From contig CM060732.1 of assembly GCA_030704615.1 (NCBI GenBank), forward strand, positions 16,554,001 through 16,618,000: a stretch of DNA of 64,000 nt, written 5' to 3'. The translations under genes were made by a program, and so were the position numbers. This stretch comes from Takakia lepidozioides. Lineage: Eukaryota > Plantae > Bryophyta. Shown here one piece after another: positions 51,541 through 63,094 of the stretch. How positions within the stretch are numbered: position 1 is the first letter of the stretch; each line of letters starts with the position of its first letter. The notes under the pieces are model-generated. The model worked only from the letters and a program-made list of their open reading frames with translations, was not told where the DNA came from and did no database searches.

Positions 51541-52080
51541 CACTACAAGAGATGAACGTTTTTAGGACTACGGCTTTGGCGGAGTCATAAAAACTGCACT
51601 AGGTAGATGACTACAAAGCGCTGAAATGCATTGCAGTCATAGTTTTATCACTATATGACTCCGGAAAGTTAGGAAGCTTTGGTCAAACACTGTCGACCTC
51701 GATGACAGGGATGGTTTATATGACTAGTGTAATATGTTTGACTACACGTGGACGACGTTTCATGGAATGTTATGACTCCATGACTGGAGATGGTTTCACA
51801 GCTCTAATTATACGACTACATCGCTACACGTGTCATTTCGAAGGCAAATACACGAATGTATTCATCCATTGGACGAGTTCATCCACAGCATGACATGGCA
51901 TGTAAACTTATGACTGTCTGACTGCAGATTGATTCATGACTCTATATATATGACTACATCACTACACGTGGCATTTTAAAGGCATTTATATGACTTTATT
52001 AGTACACGTGTCATTTTGAAGACATATACATGAATGGATCCATCCATTGGATGAGCTCATCCATCCATGTTTGCCGAAAT
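51541..52080 (+). mobile_element. Left end of a CACTA element
   Basis: Starts CACTACAAGA exactly at the homology breakpoint, followed by ATGACT/GACTAC subterminal repeats. Confidence 0.75.
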
Positions 52081-53101
52081 CCTATCAGCTTAGTACATGT
52101 GTTAGTTTCCTATTGGTTTGATATAGCTCAAGCATTTTGTAGTTACCGTAGAGCACTAAGTCACATTCTTCATTGAGTCTGTAAAGTGAGAGTCTGCAGA
52201 GGATGCCATTTGGAATGTGGAGTTTGCAGAGAGGGAATGTGCGACAGTATGGCTGAACGACGGGTCGTGTCTTCAAATGTGATGATTGCAGGATAGCATG
52301 GTGATCATATCACAGGCGAGAACTGCATCTACTTGAAATTTTTTGGAACGCTACCTTCATGGACATTTATGGAAGCAGCGACGATGCGAATTCGAAGGGA
52401 GAGTTCAATAGGATTTACAAAGGTTATCTGGTGTCAGATTGGTAAGTTATAATCGAAACGTTTAAATATCTGCTGCCAAGTCTACATCTCTTCCATTAGC
52501 AGTTATAACCAATCACCATCATGAAGCTACAGGCCCGATGCGAAATCCCAATCGGAACCTGCATCTTCCTCCCCCTTTTTGTCCTTATTTCGTTGTCAAA
52601 CCCTTCATTCTATGTGGAAGGTTCCAAATGGAACTTCATATTTCCCCTCATGATCTTGATTTTGGGAATTCTTTTCGAATGCAATGATGTTAGGATATGG
52701 GTAGCATTGTCGTCATCACAGATTGGCCGGTCAAATAATGGAAGATATTACAAAAGAAAGGTTGAAGCTGGCCGCCAGTATATGTGTTCTCTCTGCGAAT
52801 TGCCAAACTGGCTTCATCAAGAATGTGCAGGGTCGCAATGTCCTCACTAACTTTTAGGTTACTCTCATTTTAAATGGGTGCAGTGTTGCTTCTAGTATGG
52901 GGCTCTTATCACTCGGTACATCATAGCGAAATTGAAGTGCTTATTCTCAAGTAAATCTGTGTCTTTTGGCACTCTAAAGTGAGCTTTTTTTGTTGTCAGG
53001 GTTAAAGGCCGTGTTGTAAATTGACTTGGGATTGGTGCAGGGAATAAATTTCACCACAGACAAGTTGATGGAGGTTGGTGCGGAAATGGTAGAGTCTGAT
53101 A

Positions 53102-53262
53102 GGGGGCTGCTATTTCATGAGCGGCATGAGCATGAGCGGAAAAAAAAAAAGCATGAGCAGACCATTGTGAGTCCACGGAAATAGGGTTAGGAGGCACGGA
53201 AATAGGGTCATGTGAAGTTGGAATGTGGCACCAGTGGACTTGAAATGCAACATTTTATTGCA
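53102..53262 (+). mobile_element. Type B terminus opening an element that extends right
   Basis: Inverted copy of 18550-18710. Confidence 0.8.
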
Positions 53263-53322
53263 AAGTTTGTGGCAAGCCACGTCTATACAAGTGTGTTCTA
53301 ACTGTCATAGCCGGAATGGGCA

Positions 53323-54809
53323 CTACTCTCCTACACCCTCCGAGGAACTTGCCCCACCTTCTTCCTCATCCCCCTCATCCCCCTCATCCTCCGAGCTCTG
53401 TGATGCATCAGTTCCACTATGCCTCTAAAAAATCCCGTCCTCTCCTTGGGGGACTGTCCACCTCACCTCCTGGGAATCTTCTTCGTCTTCTCCCCCACTT
53501 TCCTCAGCAGAATCCAAGACAAATCTACGAGCCCGACGGGCTCTAATAGCTGCTGCCTCCTCCCTCATCTTCATTTTCTTGAGGCTTGCCTCGTCTAAAA
53601 TCTGCTGTACACGACTAGGTTCGGAACACCTCCTAATGGACACCGAAGCAAGCCGGGCAGTATAAGTAGGAAGGATGTACTCCCTTTCTGGACTAGGCAT
53701 GAAATCCCCCCTGGCAAAAAAAGGCACGTTCCTCCTGCCCATGAACTCCGGTGTAGACGTCCCTCCGGCAGTACTTGGCATCCTACAGTAAGAACAAATC
53801 CACTTCAAGAATGTCAATACCATCACAACCAGAAAGGGTTTTCAATGAAATAAGAGAGCGGAGGGAGATGCCTCACGAAATCTGGAAGCAACTTACAATG
53901 CGACCACTCACTCGTAAACCGGGGGCTCCTCGGCCTCGATCCCAACTTCCTCCCCCTGCTCCTTCTTGGATTTTTCCTCATCCTCCGAGGATGCCTCTTC
54001 CTCTTTCGGCAGATGTTCAGCCGCTGCAAATTCCGAGTTGTGGAGGGTAGTATCTGGCTCGAAGGCGAACACATGCCTGTCGGACAACGTCCCTGCCCAC
54101 ATTGAAGCACCTGAGGAACAAAACGGGCGGTTAATAGCTTGTGGCATGCAATTGCAATCGGGCCAGGGGACAAACTGAGCACGTGAAGGCTTACCCGTGC
54201 CGCATGTGAGGTCCAGAATCCACCCTTGGACATCCGAGCACGTCTCCATGAGGGTTTGGATGAAAGCAGGGCTCCGGGTCCGGCTGTACCGCCACGGTTT
54301 GCCTGTCTTTGTGTCCTTCGGCATACTGGAGTGGGGCACATAGTTGTAGAGGACATCGTAGGTTACAGGGTCCACAGCGGCATCAACAAGACGACCGTCG
54401 TTGCGGGATTTGAACGTAGACCCTCTCTTCACAAAGCAATATGCCTCAAACACCAATGTCTGCACATCCAACAAAGAAGGGATCAACTCCAGGGTCTACT
54501 TAACATACACCACAATATGAAGTGAATGCAATAGATTGATAACTTACACTTTGGCCCTCTGTTCGCAACCCCTGTGCACTGATGCAGAACCATTTTCTGA
54601 GGAGGACCGGGGTGACACTTTTCGGTGTCCACCTTGCCACCGCATTCTCTGTGGTCTTCCCTCTCGTGGCAAGGACAACCACACATCCACCGTCATCCAG
54701 AAGCATCCCCACCAGCCCAAACCCGGCTTTCCAGTAGTCCTCAGTAAACCTGTTCCAGGTGGGCACACTGTTAGAGGATTGTCTGGGACTTAGACACTTA
54801 TACGGGATC
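53323..54809 (-). pseudogene. Spliced beta-class DNA amino-methyltransferase-like gene (N6A/N4C), 3' part, interrupted by an LTR element. Approximate exons 54809-54548, 54460-54195, 54110-53912, 53782-53467, 53397-53323
   Basis: xIPY (motif IV-like) precedes spliced RSPAFIQTLMETCSDVQGWILDLTCGTG-ASMWAGTLSDRHVFAFEPD (motifs X, I, II of N6_N4_Mtase-type enzymes). Four phase-compatible GT-AG introns and an acidic tail. Confidence 0.7.
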
Positions 54810-55624
54810 TATAGGGTACCCTTAATTTTTGCACAGACTGAGATCAACAGGAGCCTTAGGGGTGACAGCAGCACACTGTAAAAGGGGGTTACACAGTCCA
54901 TCACAGCCAATACAACCCGTCACAGTCGTCCCAGCCGACACAGCCATCACAGCCAACACAGCCCGTCACAGCCGACACAGCCACACAACCAGTCACAGCC
55001 CGACACAGCCAAACACAGTCGCACAGCCAGTCACAGTTTTACACAGCCAGTCACAGCTTGACACAGCTGTCACGACCATAGGGAACGGAGAGCAGGACAG
55101 GGAATGACTGTGGGGAACAACACCTGCAAATGGAACATGTTAGTTCACGGACGACGGTTAGTGAGGGAAACGGTTAGAGCCACGGGTAGGAAGATAAAGA
55201 GAGAAGCAAGGACTAAGAAGGGGGGATTATTCTTGGAAGCACGTCAGGGGAAGGACTTCTTGGTCAGGGAAGAGAGGGGATCGGGCGGAGAGCAAGAACG
55301 GAAGCAAGCATGGAGAGCACGGTGAAGGAGAAGAGATGATTACCAGATGCTTGTTATATGCAAAGCTGTAGTGATATTGTAAAGCAGATTAGAGACACAA
55401 TGGCTTCGGCCTGATACCTGATAAATCATAATCTGATACTTATACGATACAATCACATTGTGTAGAGAGATCTGAGTGAAGCTGTGGAATGAATGGATGA
55501 GTTGATGGAATCCGATAGATTGATGAAGCAAACTGATACTTAATTATCAATGGTAAGGTAGCTAACATGAATGCCAAAAAGGAAACAAATATGAAACACC
55601 CCCATGATACACTAGCTGTAGGTC

Positions 55625-56320
55625 ATGACTGATTGTTCTGCGCGGGCTGAGTACTTAGAGATTTCCAACTCTTCTATCTTGGAGTTTCCGCCTCGGATAG
55701 CGAAGGGATGGGTGAGTAAAAGCCGCGCGACATTTGGCGACCATACTGGGGAACTGAGTCATGAACAACCAGATGTGACAGGCATCTGGTGGGATCATGG
55801 TGGTTGGACCATTAAAGAATTTGAAGTGAATCAAATTCCCTGTGGAACGAAGGAAGAAAGATTGTCCAAACACTTCTTTCAAAGGTTCTTGGAATTGCCA
55901 GACGGTTGTAAAGAAAATATTCTTAAGCGAGTGCATGATGCTGATCCGGAATGGGGTCTGGAGAAAGGATTGATAAAGATTTATCAGGTAGCCTGTAGAG
56001 GAAGAGCACGTTGGTTACCAACGTTGGTTTATGTGATAGCATTGCTATCCATTAAGCGAGTAGAGTTTGAAGGCTGGGAAGAAAGAAAAGTGAATGTTTA
56101 TACTCATATGCATGAAGAGCTTGTACTGGTAAAGAATTGGATTCCAAAGGATATTTTGTGGATCAAACTCACACCAAGAATAGCTTTCCAGACTTGTTTG
56201 CCATATGGTTATATGGCAACGGAGACTTCAAGTATAGCCAAGGGTGCATTGAAGCTTGAAAGAAACCCAGGCATATACGAGAGATATTACAGAAGAGAGT
56301 TTTGGTTATTGCCACATTAA
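55625..56320 (+). CDS. Extra 231-aa ORF upstream of gag, unknown function
   Basis: Intact ATG-TAA frame ending 22 nt before the gag ATG. Confidence 0.55.
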   Translation: MTDCSARAEYLEISNSSILEFPPRIAKGWVSKSRATFGDHTGELSHEQPDVTGIWWDHGGWTIKEFEVNQIPCGTKEERLSKHFFQRFLELPDGCKENILKRVHDADPEWGLEKGLIKIYQVACRGRARWLPTLVYVIALLSIKRVEFEGWEERKVNVYTHMHEELVLVKNWIPKDILWIKLTPRIAFQTCLPYGYMATETSSIAKGALKLERNPGIYERYYRREFWLLPH

Positions 56321-56342
56321 AAAGAAATGAAAGACATGGGAC

Positions 56343-58300
56343 ATGAGTGATGAAAGAGAAGCTAGACGCCAGAGATATTCAGCAAAAAGAGAAAACTATC
56401 TGAAAGCTAATTATCCATATCTTTGGGAGAGAGGAATAGACATAGGGGAATCATCTGGACCTCTCACACCATTAAGATCAAAGAGTACATCACCCATACC
56501 GGAAGAACTAGAGTTGGATGCCACTCCTTCTGTTTCTTTACAAGAAAGATTAAGGGAATTGGTACAGGAAGAAGATCAATCACGAGGTGAAAGATCTGAG
56601 GTACATCCCTGGATAAAAGATTTGACAGAAATCTTTGATAAGAGTTGGCATGGAACACCAAAAGCAGGAACTCCAGTTTCTGAAGCGGAAGGTGAAGAAG
56701 GAGAAGAGGATGTGGCAGAGCCAACGGAGAGTTCAGACTCTCCAACACCATTACAGTTGAGTTACATGAGTGAAGAAGAAACCCAAAGGCAGAACTTGGA
56801 GGATGAAAACAGAGAGAAGAAATTGGAAGAGGAAGAATATGAAGAAGTAGACCCAACAGCTGAGGTTGAGACTACAACCAGGACATCCCAACCCGTTGGA
56901 CCTGGATCAAGTGGAGCACTTGGATCACAGGCCAACGAAGGTGTCGGCTCAGGGGGATCAGGCGGGCGGCCTGGATCTGGCTCTGGGGGGATAGAGAGTG
57001 TGGGAAGTAGTGCAACTGAAGCTGGGAATACTGTGAATATCGTGGGGCCAGAAGCAGGGAGTGCTCAAGGGCCACCACTTGGTGGAAGATCCACCACAAA
57101 AACAACAGGTCCAGAAGGACCAGCACCAGCAAGGGTGCCAGCACCTGTCAGTGGGCAGAAGGTAGGGCCACAGATGGCGTTACAACCAACACGGGAAAAA
57201 CCACCCTTTCCAATATATTCAGGAAAAGGGGATCCCGATGTACACATTAGCCAATTTGAGCACATGTGTATAGTGAACAATGAGAATGGCAATGATGCCA
57301 AGATGAGATTGTTTCCTTGTTCACTTATCAAGAAAGCAAGTGAATGGTATGCAAGATTCCCTGATAATCATTTCTAACCTGGAATGGCTTGAATACAACA
57401 TTCCGAAATAGGTTCAGGACAAGTAAAACTAAGGATGAAGTGTATGGAAGTTTACAACAGTTAAAGCAAAAGAAGCATGAAACTGTTGAGGAGTATATGG
57501 AAAAGATGGAATTGATGATGAAAAAGCTGGCTGCAGTACCAGCACCAGGTTTACAGAAGACTTGGTTTGTGAGTGGACTAAGACCAGAGTTGCAAAAGAA
57601 AGTGGATATGTTACCCCATAATACAGTGGAGGAGGCATTTGAAACTGCAAACAGAATTGAGCAATTGGGAATGCTCAGGAGAGAGAAAAAGGATGATGAG
57701 GACTCTGAGGATGAGTCAGATGAAGAAGAAGAGCAGGAACTAAAAAGGAGGAGTAAGAGAAAGGAGAAGTTGAAGAGGGATAACTATGAAAAAAGATTGG
57801 AAGAAATCTTGAAGAAGTATGCCACAGAGGCTGCAACACATTGGAGGAAGGGTGTTTGGTGTGCAAAATGCCAGAATGAAGGCCACACCACTACTGAATG
57901 CCACATGAAAGAGAAACACTGTACTATCTGTAAAATGGATAACCATTCTACTGAGAATTGTTACTACAACAGAAGGACAGCTGCAAGAGAACCTAGGCAA
58001 GTAAGGGTGCATCAGGTGCAGCCCCAGCCAAGAAGAAACAATGATCAGGACCACTATGGTAGGTCTGGTGGTTATAACAATGGCATGGAAGGGAGAGGTA
58101 ATTCAAGAGGGAATTACCAAGGAAATTCCAGAGGCAACTATAGGGTAATCCAAGGGGGAATTACCAGCCCGGGAATCAGGATTATAGAAATAATCCAAGA
58201 ACAGACCAAGGGCGAGGACCCAATGGTGAAGAACTATGTTACTATTGTAATCAGCTAGGACATCGCAGGGCAGCCTGTTCATTCTGGATAAGACACCAGA
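56343..58300 (+). pseudogene. gag with three CCHC knuckles (stop/frameshift near 57375 and 58140)
   Basis: YSGKGDPDVHI..LFPCSLIKKASEWY; LKQKKHETVEEY; CAKCQNEGHTTTEC, CTICKMDNHSTENC, CYYCNQLGHRRAAC. Confidence 0.9.
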
Positions 58301-58702
58301 ATGAGATGAGAGCTCCTGTGAATGAGGGCCCAGTGGTGGCAGCTCACATGGTTAGGCCATGTGTTTGTGCCAGAAGTAAGTACAATGATAGTAACAAGAA
58401 GCAAAGCCAAACTAATACCTCCAGTAGTAGAGGAAGAAGATGATAATGAAGGTGGCAATGATATGCCTGAAGATGAAGAGACTTGGAAAGATGAGAAGGA
58501 ACTGCACAAGGAAGTGGCAGATACTATAAGGGAAATGCAGAAGAGTACTGATATTCCTGTGGCAGATTCCTCTGATTCTGATGGAGAAGAAGAAGGGAGT
58601 GAGGATGAAAGGAAGAAAGAAGATGCAGACATGCAAAGTAATGAAGAGACTTTGGCTGAAGTAATATGCTAGACCAAAGCAGAAATTACCATTGGACAGC
58701 TA

Positions 58703-61700
58703 TTGGCTGTGGCACCTTATTGTAGGCACAGGCTGTATCAAGCAATCAATCGAATTGCCCAGGAGACAGGAAACACAGACCTGAACAGCAAGGTGACCAG
58801 TTATAATGTGAAGCCGGAAGGGCGAGAAACAGTCATGGACTTTGATGATTCTATGCCAGTAATCCAATTGAGAATTGGAAGCACAGAACTAACTGATGTA
58901 CTGATAGATGGAGGCTCTGGAGTAAATATCATGACAGACCAATTAAGGAAGAAGCTTGGTCTAAGTAACATGAAACCAGCCCCATTTACAGTAACAATGG
59001 CAGATCAAAGAAGTGTACAGCCATTGGGATTGATAAGAGGAGTTAAGATACAGATACAGAAGATGATCTTTATGATCACAGTAACTGTGTTGAAGATGGA
59101 TGAAGTCATGGAGGCTTACTCCTTATTATTGGGACGTCCGTGGCTGAAACAGGCCAGGGTATTCCATGACTGGAATTCTCAGTTACTAACCGTGCATAAT
59201 GGGATACACGAGATACAAATTACCACAAAGAAATCTAGTAGATTACCTGCTACAAGAAGACCTCGAGGAGTCAGAGAGTATGACTGGAGAGGAGGACTGG
59301 ATGAGGAGCAGGAAGCTACCCTATTTGCTGCACACCCAGAGTGGGAGCAGGTTGCAGAGATGCGGCTGGAAAGCCTAAGTTGTTTAAGAGGTATCTGCTG
59401 TGGTGTAGTGACAGCAACACCAACTGAAGAGGAAAACCAGCAGTTACCCATCACATTTCTATGAAGAAAGAGAAGGAGAAATGGAAATCCTAGAGGAACC
59501 AGCCACTGTGAGCTTACAGGATGAAGTGGTGACTGGTTGGACAATCACAGCTGATGAGCAGGTGAGGGAAGTGAATGTGGGAACTAAAGAGGAACCGAGG
59601 ATGGTGAAAGTAGGAGCTGATTTGGAGCCGGAATTCTTTGAAGAAGCTAAAAGCTTGTTCATCAAATACAGAGATGTATTTGCTTGGAGCTATGAGGATT
59701 TAAAAGGGATACCACCTGAAGTCTGTCAGCATAAGATTGAACTGGAACCAGGGTCAGTACCAATCAAACAGGCGAGGTACAGAATGAATCCCAACTACGC
59801 ACAGAAGGTTGGAGAAGAGATCAAGAAGTTGGCTGAGGCTAAGTTTATATATCCAATAGAGTATACAACTTGGTTGTCACCCATTGTGATAGTTCCCAAA
59901 AAGAATGGTAAACTAAGAGTTTGTGTGAACTACAAGAAGCTGAATGCTGTACGAAGAAAGATCATTTCCCTTTGCCATTCACAGAAGCAGTATTAGACAC
60001 TGTGGCAGGCCATGAGATGTACTCATTCATGGATGGCTTCAGTGGTTATAATCAAGTGCAAGTGGCAGAAGAAGACCAAGGAAAAACAGCTTTCATCACA
60101 GACTGGGGGCTTATGCATACAAAGTCATGCCCTTTGGACTTTGTAATGCACCAGCGACCTTTCAGAGAGTGATAAGTGAATCTTTTCATGAGTATCTGGA
60201 TGATTTCATGCAAGTGTTCTTGGATGATTTCAGTGTGTACAGCTCTAAGAATGAGCACTTACATAAATTGGAGTTATGTCTGGCCAGATGCAGGATGAGA
60301 GGTCTGGGCCTGAATCCAGAGAAGTGTACTTTCTGTGTGAACTCAGGGGTGCTTCTGGGACACATTGTGTGTAAGAAGGACTTCTTGTGGATCCCAGAAA
60401 GACAGAGTCCATTAAAGCCTCTCCACCACCAGTGAATGTTAAAAGTCTAAGGAGATTCCTTGGGCAAACCAGTTATTACAGAAGATTTGTCAAAAGGTAT
60501 GCACAAATAGCAGCACCATTGAGCAAGCTTCTAAAGAAAGATGCAGTGTTTGCCTGGATAGCTGAATGTCAGCAGGCGTTTGAGGAACTTACACTGTCAG
60601 TAACAACTACACCTGTGCTGATTAACCCTCACTGGCATGTAGTATTTCATGTTCACTGCGATGCATCAGGAGAAGCGTTGGGAGCGGTGTTAGCCCAGAA
60701 TGTTACAGAAATATAGATTCACCTGTGTACTATGCTAGCAGGTTGATGAACAGTGCTGAAAGGAACTATAGCACAACGGAAAGAGAAGCATTGGCAATGA
60801 TCTATGCAGTGAAGAAATTCAGGCATTACCTGTTGGGCAAGAAGTTTATGTTCTATGTGGATCACCAGGCTCTGATATACCTGGTAAACAAACCTCTGAT
60901 AAGCGGAAGAATAGCAGGATGGTTGATAATCTTGCACGAGTTTGAGTTCGAGGTTGTTTACAAGCCTGGGAGACTGCATCTTGTGGCGGATCACTTGTCA
61001 CGGTTATCAACAGGAGAACCAGCCACAGGAATAGATGATCAATTACCAGATGCGAGTCTATTTGCAGTGGAGGTGCAGGGAAGTGCAGATGACTGGTTAG
61101 ATTGGCAGTGGCCAATCAGATACTACCTTGCTCATGGTCAGTGCCCACCTAGTTATGGTAAGGAGCAGAGGAAGAGAATCGCTATCAAAGCTTTACCTTA
61201 TACTATGGTAGGAAGCAGAATGTATAAGCTAGGACCTGATGGAGTACTAAAACGATGCTTGTACCACCATGAAGTAAATAAAGTTTTGGAGGAAGTTCAT
61301 AAAGGAGTGGCTGGAGGTCATTTTGGAGAAGAGACTACCAGTAGGAAGATACTACTCGCAGGTTACTGGTGGCCTACTTTGTTCAAAGATGTACACGAGT
61401 ATTGTCAGAGTTGTGATGAATGTCAGAGGCTAGGACCTTTGCAGAGATCTGGAAGGATGGCCTTGCATCCTACAATGCCTACGGAACCATTTCAGAAATG
61501 GGGACTAGACTTTGTTGGACCAATTAACCCACCAGCCAAGAATACACGGAACAGGTACATAATTACAACCACTGATTATACTACGAAGTGGGTGGAAGCT
61601 AAAGCTTTGAGGGACAACACAGCCAAGTCCACAGCAAGGTTCCTGTATGAGAACATACTTACACGATTTGGCTGTCCCTTAGAATTTATCAGTGATCAGG

Positions 61701-62887
61701 GAAGTCACTTCATGAATGAGACCATTGAGTTGTTGACTAAAGAGTTCATGATTGTGCATAGAAAGAGTACAACATATTACCCACAGGGTAATGGGCAGGC
61801 AGAGGCTACCAACAAAATACTATGTACTATCTTGGCTAAGATAGTCAATGCAAACAGAACGGATTGGGATACAAAGCTGCTGACAGCTTTGTGGTCATAC
61901 AAGACTTCATATAAAGTCACCACTACGTATACACCATTCCAATTAGTTTACGGTATGGAAGCCTTACTTCCAGTGGAATTCCTGTTACCTACCATGAGAA
62001 CGGAGTGGGGAAAGAGAATGGAATTGCAAGATTCCATTAAGGTCAGGAAACATGAATTATACCATGTGGAAGAAGTACGTGCTGATGCAGCTGATAATAT
62101 GACCAGAATTCAGATGAAGAGAAAAGAACAGTTTGATGAAGGCAAGTTAAAGACTTTTAAGACAGGGGATTTGGTTCTATGGTTGCAGAAGAAAGGAAAG
62201 ATTAAAGCTTCTAAGTTTAAATCACCATGGAAAGGACCTTATGTCATACAAAAGATGTATGATAACAACACCGCCATGTTACAAACCATTAACAAAGAGA
62301 TGCTGGGAAGAGTCAATGCCAATAAGTTGAAGGGATACAGTGGTATCCATGACAAACCATTACAGCATGATTTGCATGTTGAAACGCAAGAGCAGTCACG
62401 GGCTGCACCAGTGTTATCAACGGAGTATGGAGCACTTATCGTTAGGCCAAGCATATATGACCAGGGCGGGCAGAACAAGCGTGACACAGCCTATCACAGC
62501 CCATCAAGGCAAAACACAGCCTATCACAGCCCAGCACGGCGAAACACAGCCTATCACAGCCCATCAAGGCGAAACACAGCCTATTACAGTCCATCACAAC
62601 GTGACACAGCCTATCACAGCCCAGCACGGCGCAACACAGCCTATCACAACCTACCACCGCGTGTCACAGCCTATCACAGCGTACCACAGTATGACACAGC
62701 CTGTCACAGCTCAACACAGCCTACTAGGATTACACGATCCATAGAATCAGTGACAGGTGGGCGCACAATAACTTCAGGAAAATGGCTGACGGAAGAAAAG
62801 ACGGAAACCAGTTTAAAAATAGACACGTGGAAGTCAGGGCGCGACACACAGCTGAGAAGGAAGTGCAAGAACAGGTGTCATCAATAA
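58703..62887 (+). pseudogene. pol (protease, RT, RNase H, integrase) with multiple frameshifts
   Basis: LIDGGSG; DGFSGYNQ, MPFGLCNAPATFQR, FLDDF; DASG..EREALAMI..DHQAL; H..GGH..CDEC, WGLDFVGP, SDQGSHF, GNGQAE, WKGPY. Confidence 0.93.
62480..62720 (+). repeat. 30-nt tandem repeat (~8 copies) translated in the integrase tail as (N/D)TAYHSP(A/S)RR
   Basis: CACAGCCTATCACAGC recurs every 30 nt, in frame. Confidence 0.9.
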
Positions 62888-63094
62888 AGAAGACAAGAAT
62901 GGCCGTCAAAATACCTAATCAGCGCGTCAAATTGGATGAAAGGCGGGCCCATTAATGAATACGGTAAAAGGGGAACGGAACAAAGGGCAAGTACAGAAAA
63001 GCGAAATTCTTATCACATGTGTGATCCTAGTGGACTATCCAGCATTAGTGGCAGAAATTTAGAAGGGGGACCTTCTCTATGAATATTTTGGTCT

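Noticed and set aside
43911-51550. A single CACTA element between the two CACTA motifs
   Set aside because: The motifs face away from each other and have different TIR and subterminal sequences.
18550-53262. One 35-kb element bounded by the 160-bp inverted repeats and capturing the kinase gene
   Set aside because: The repeats face outward (GGGGG termini point toward the intervening DNA) and no shared TSD is visible, so they are ends of two separate elements.
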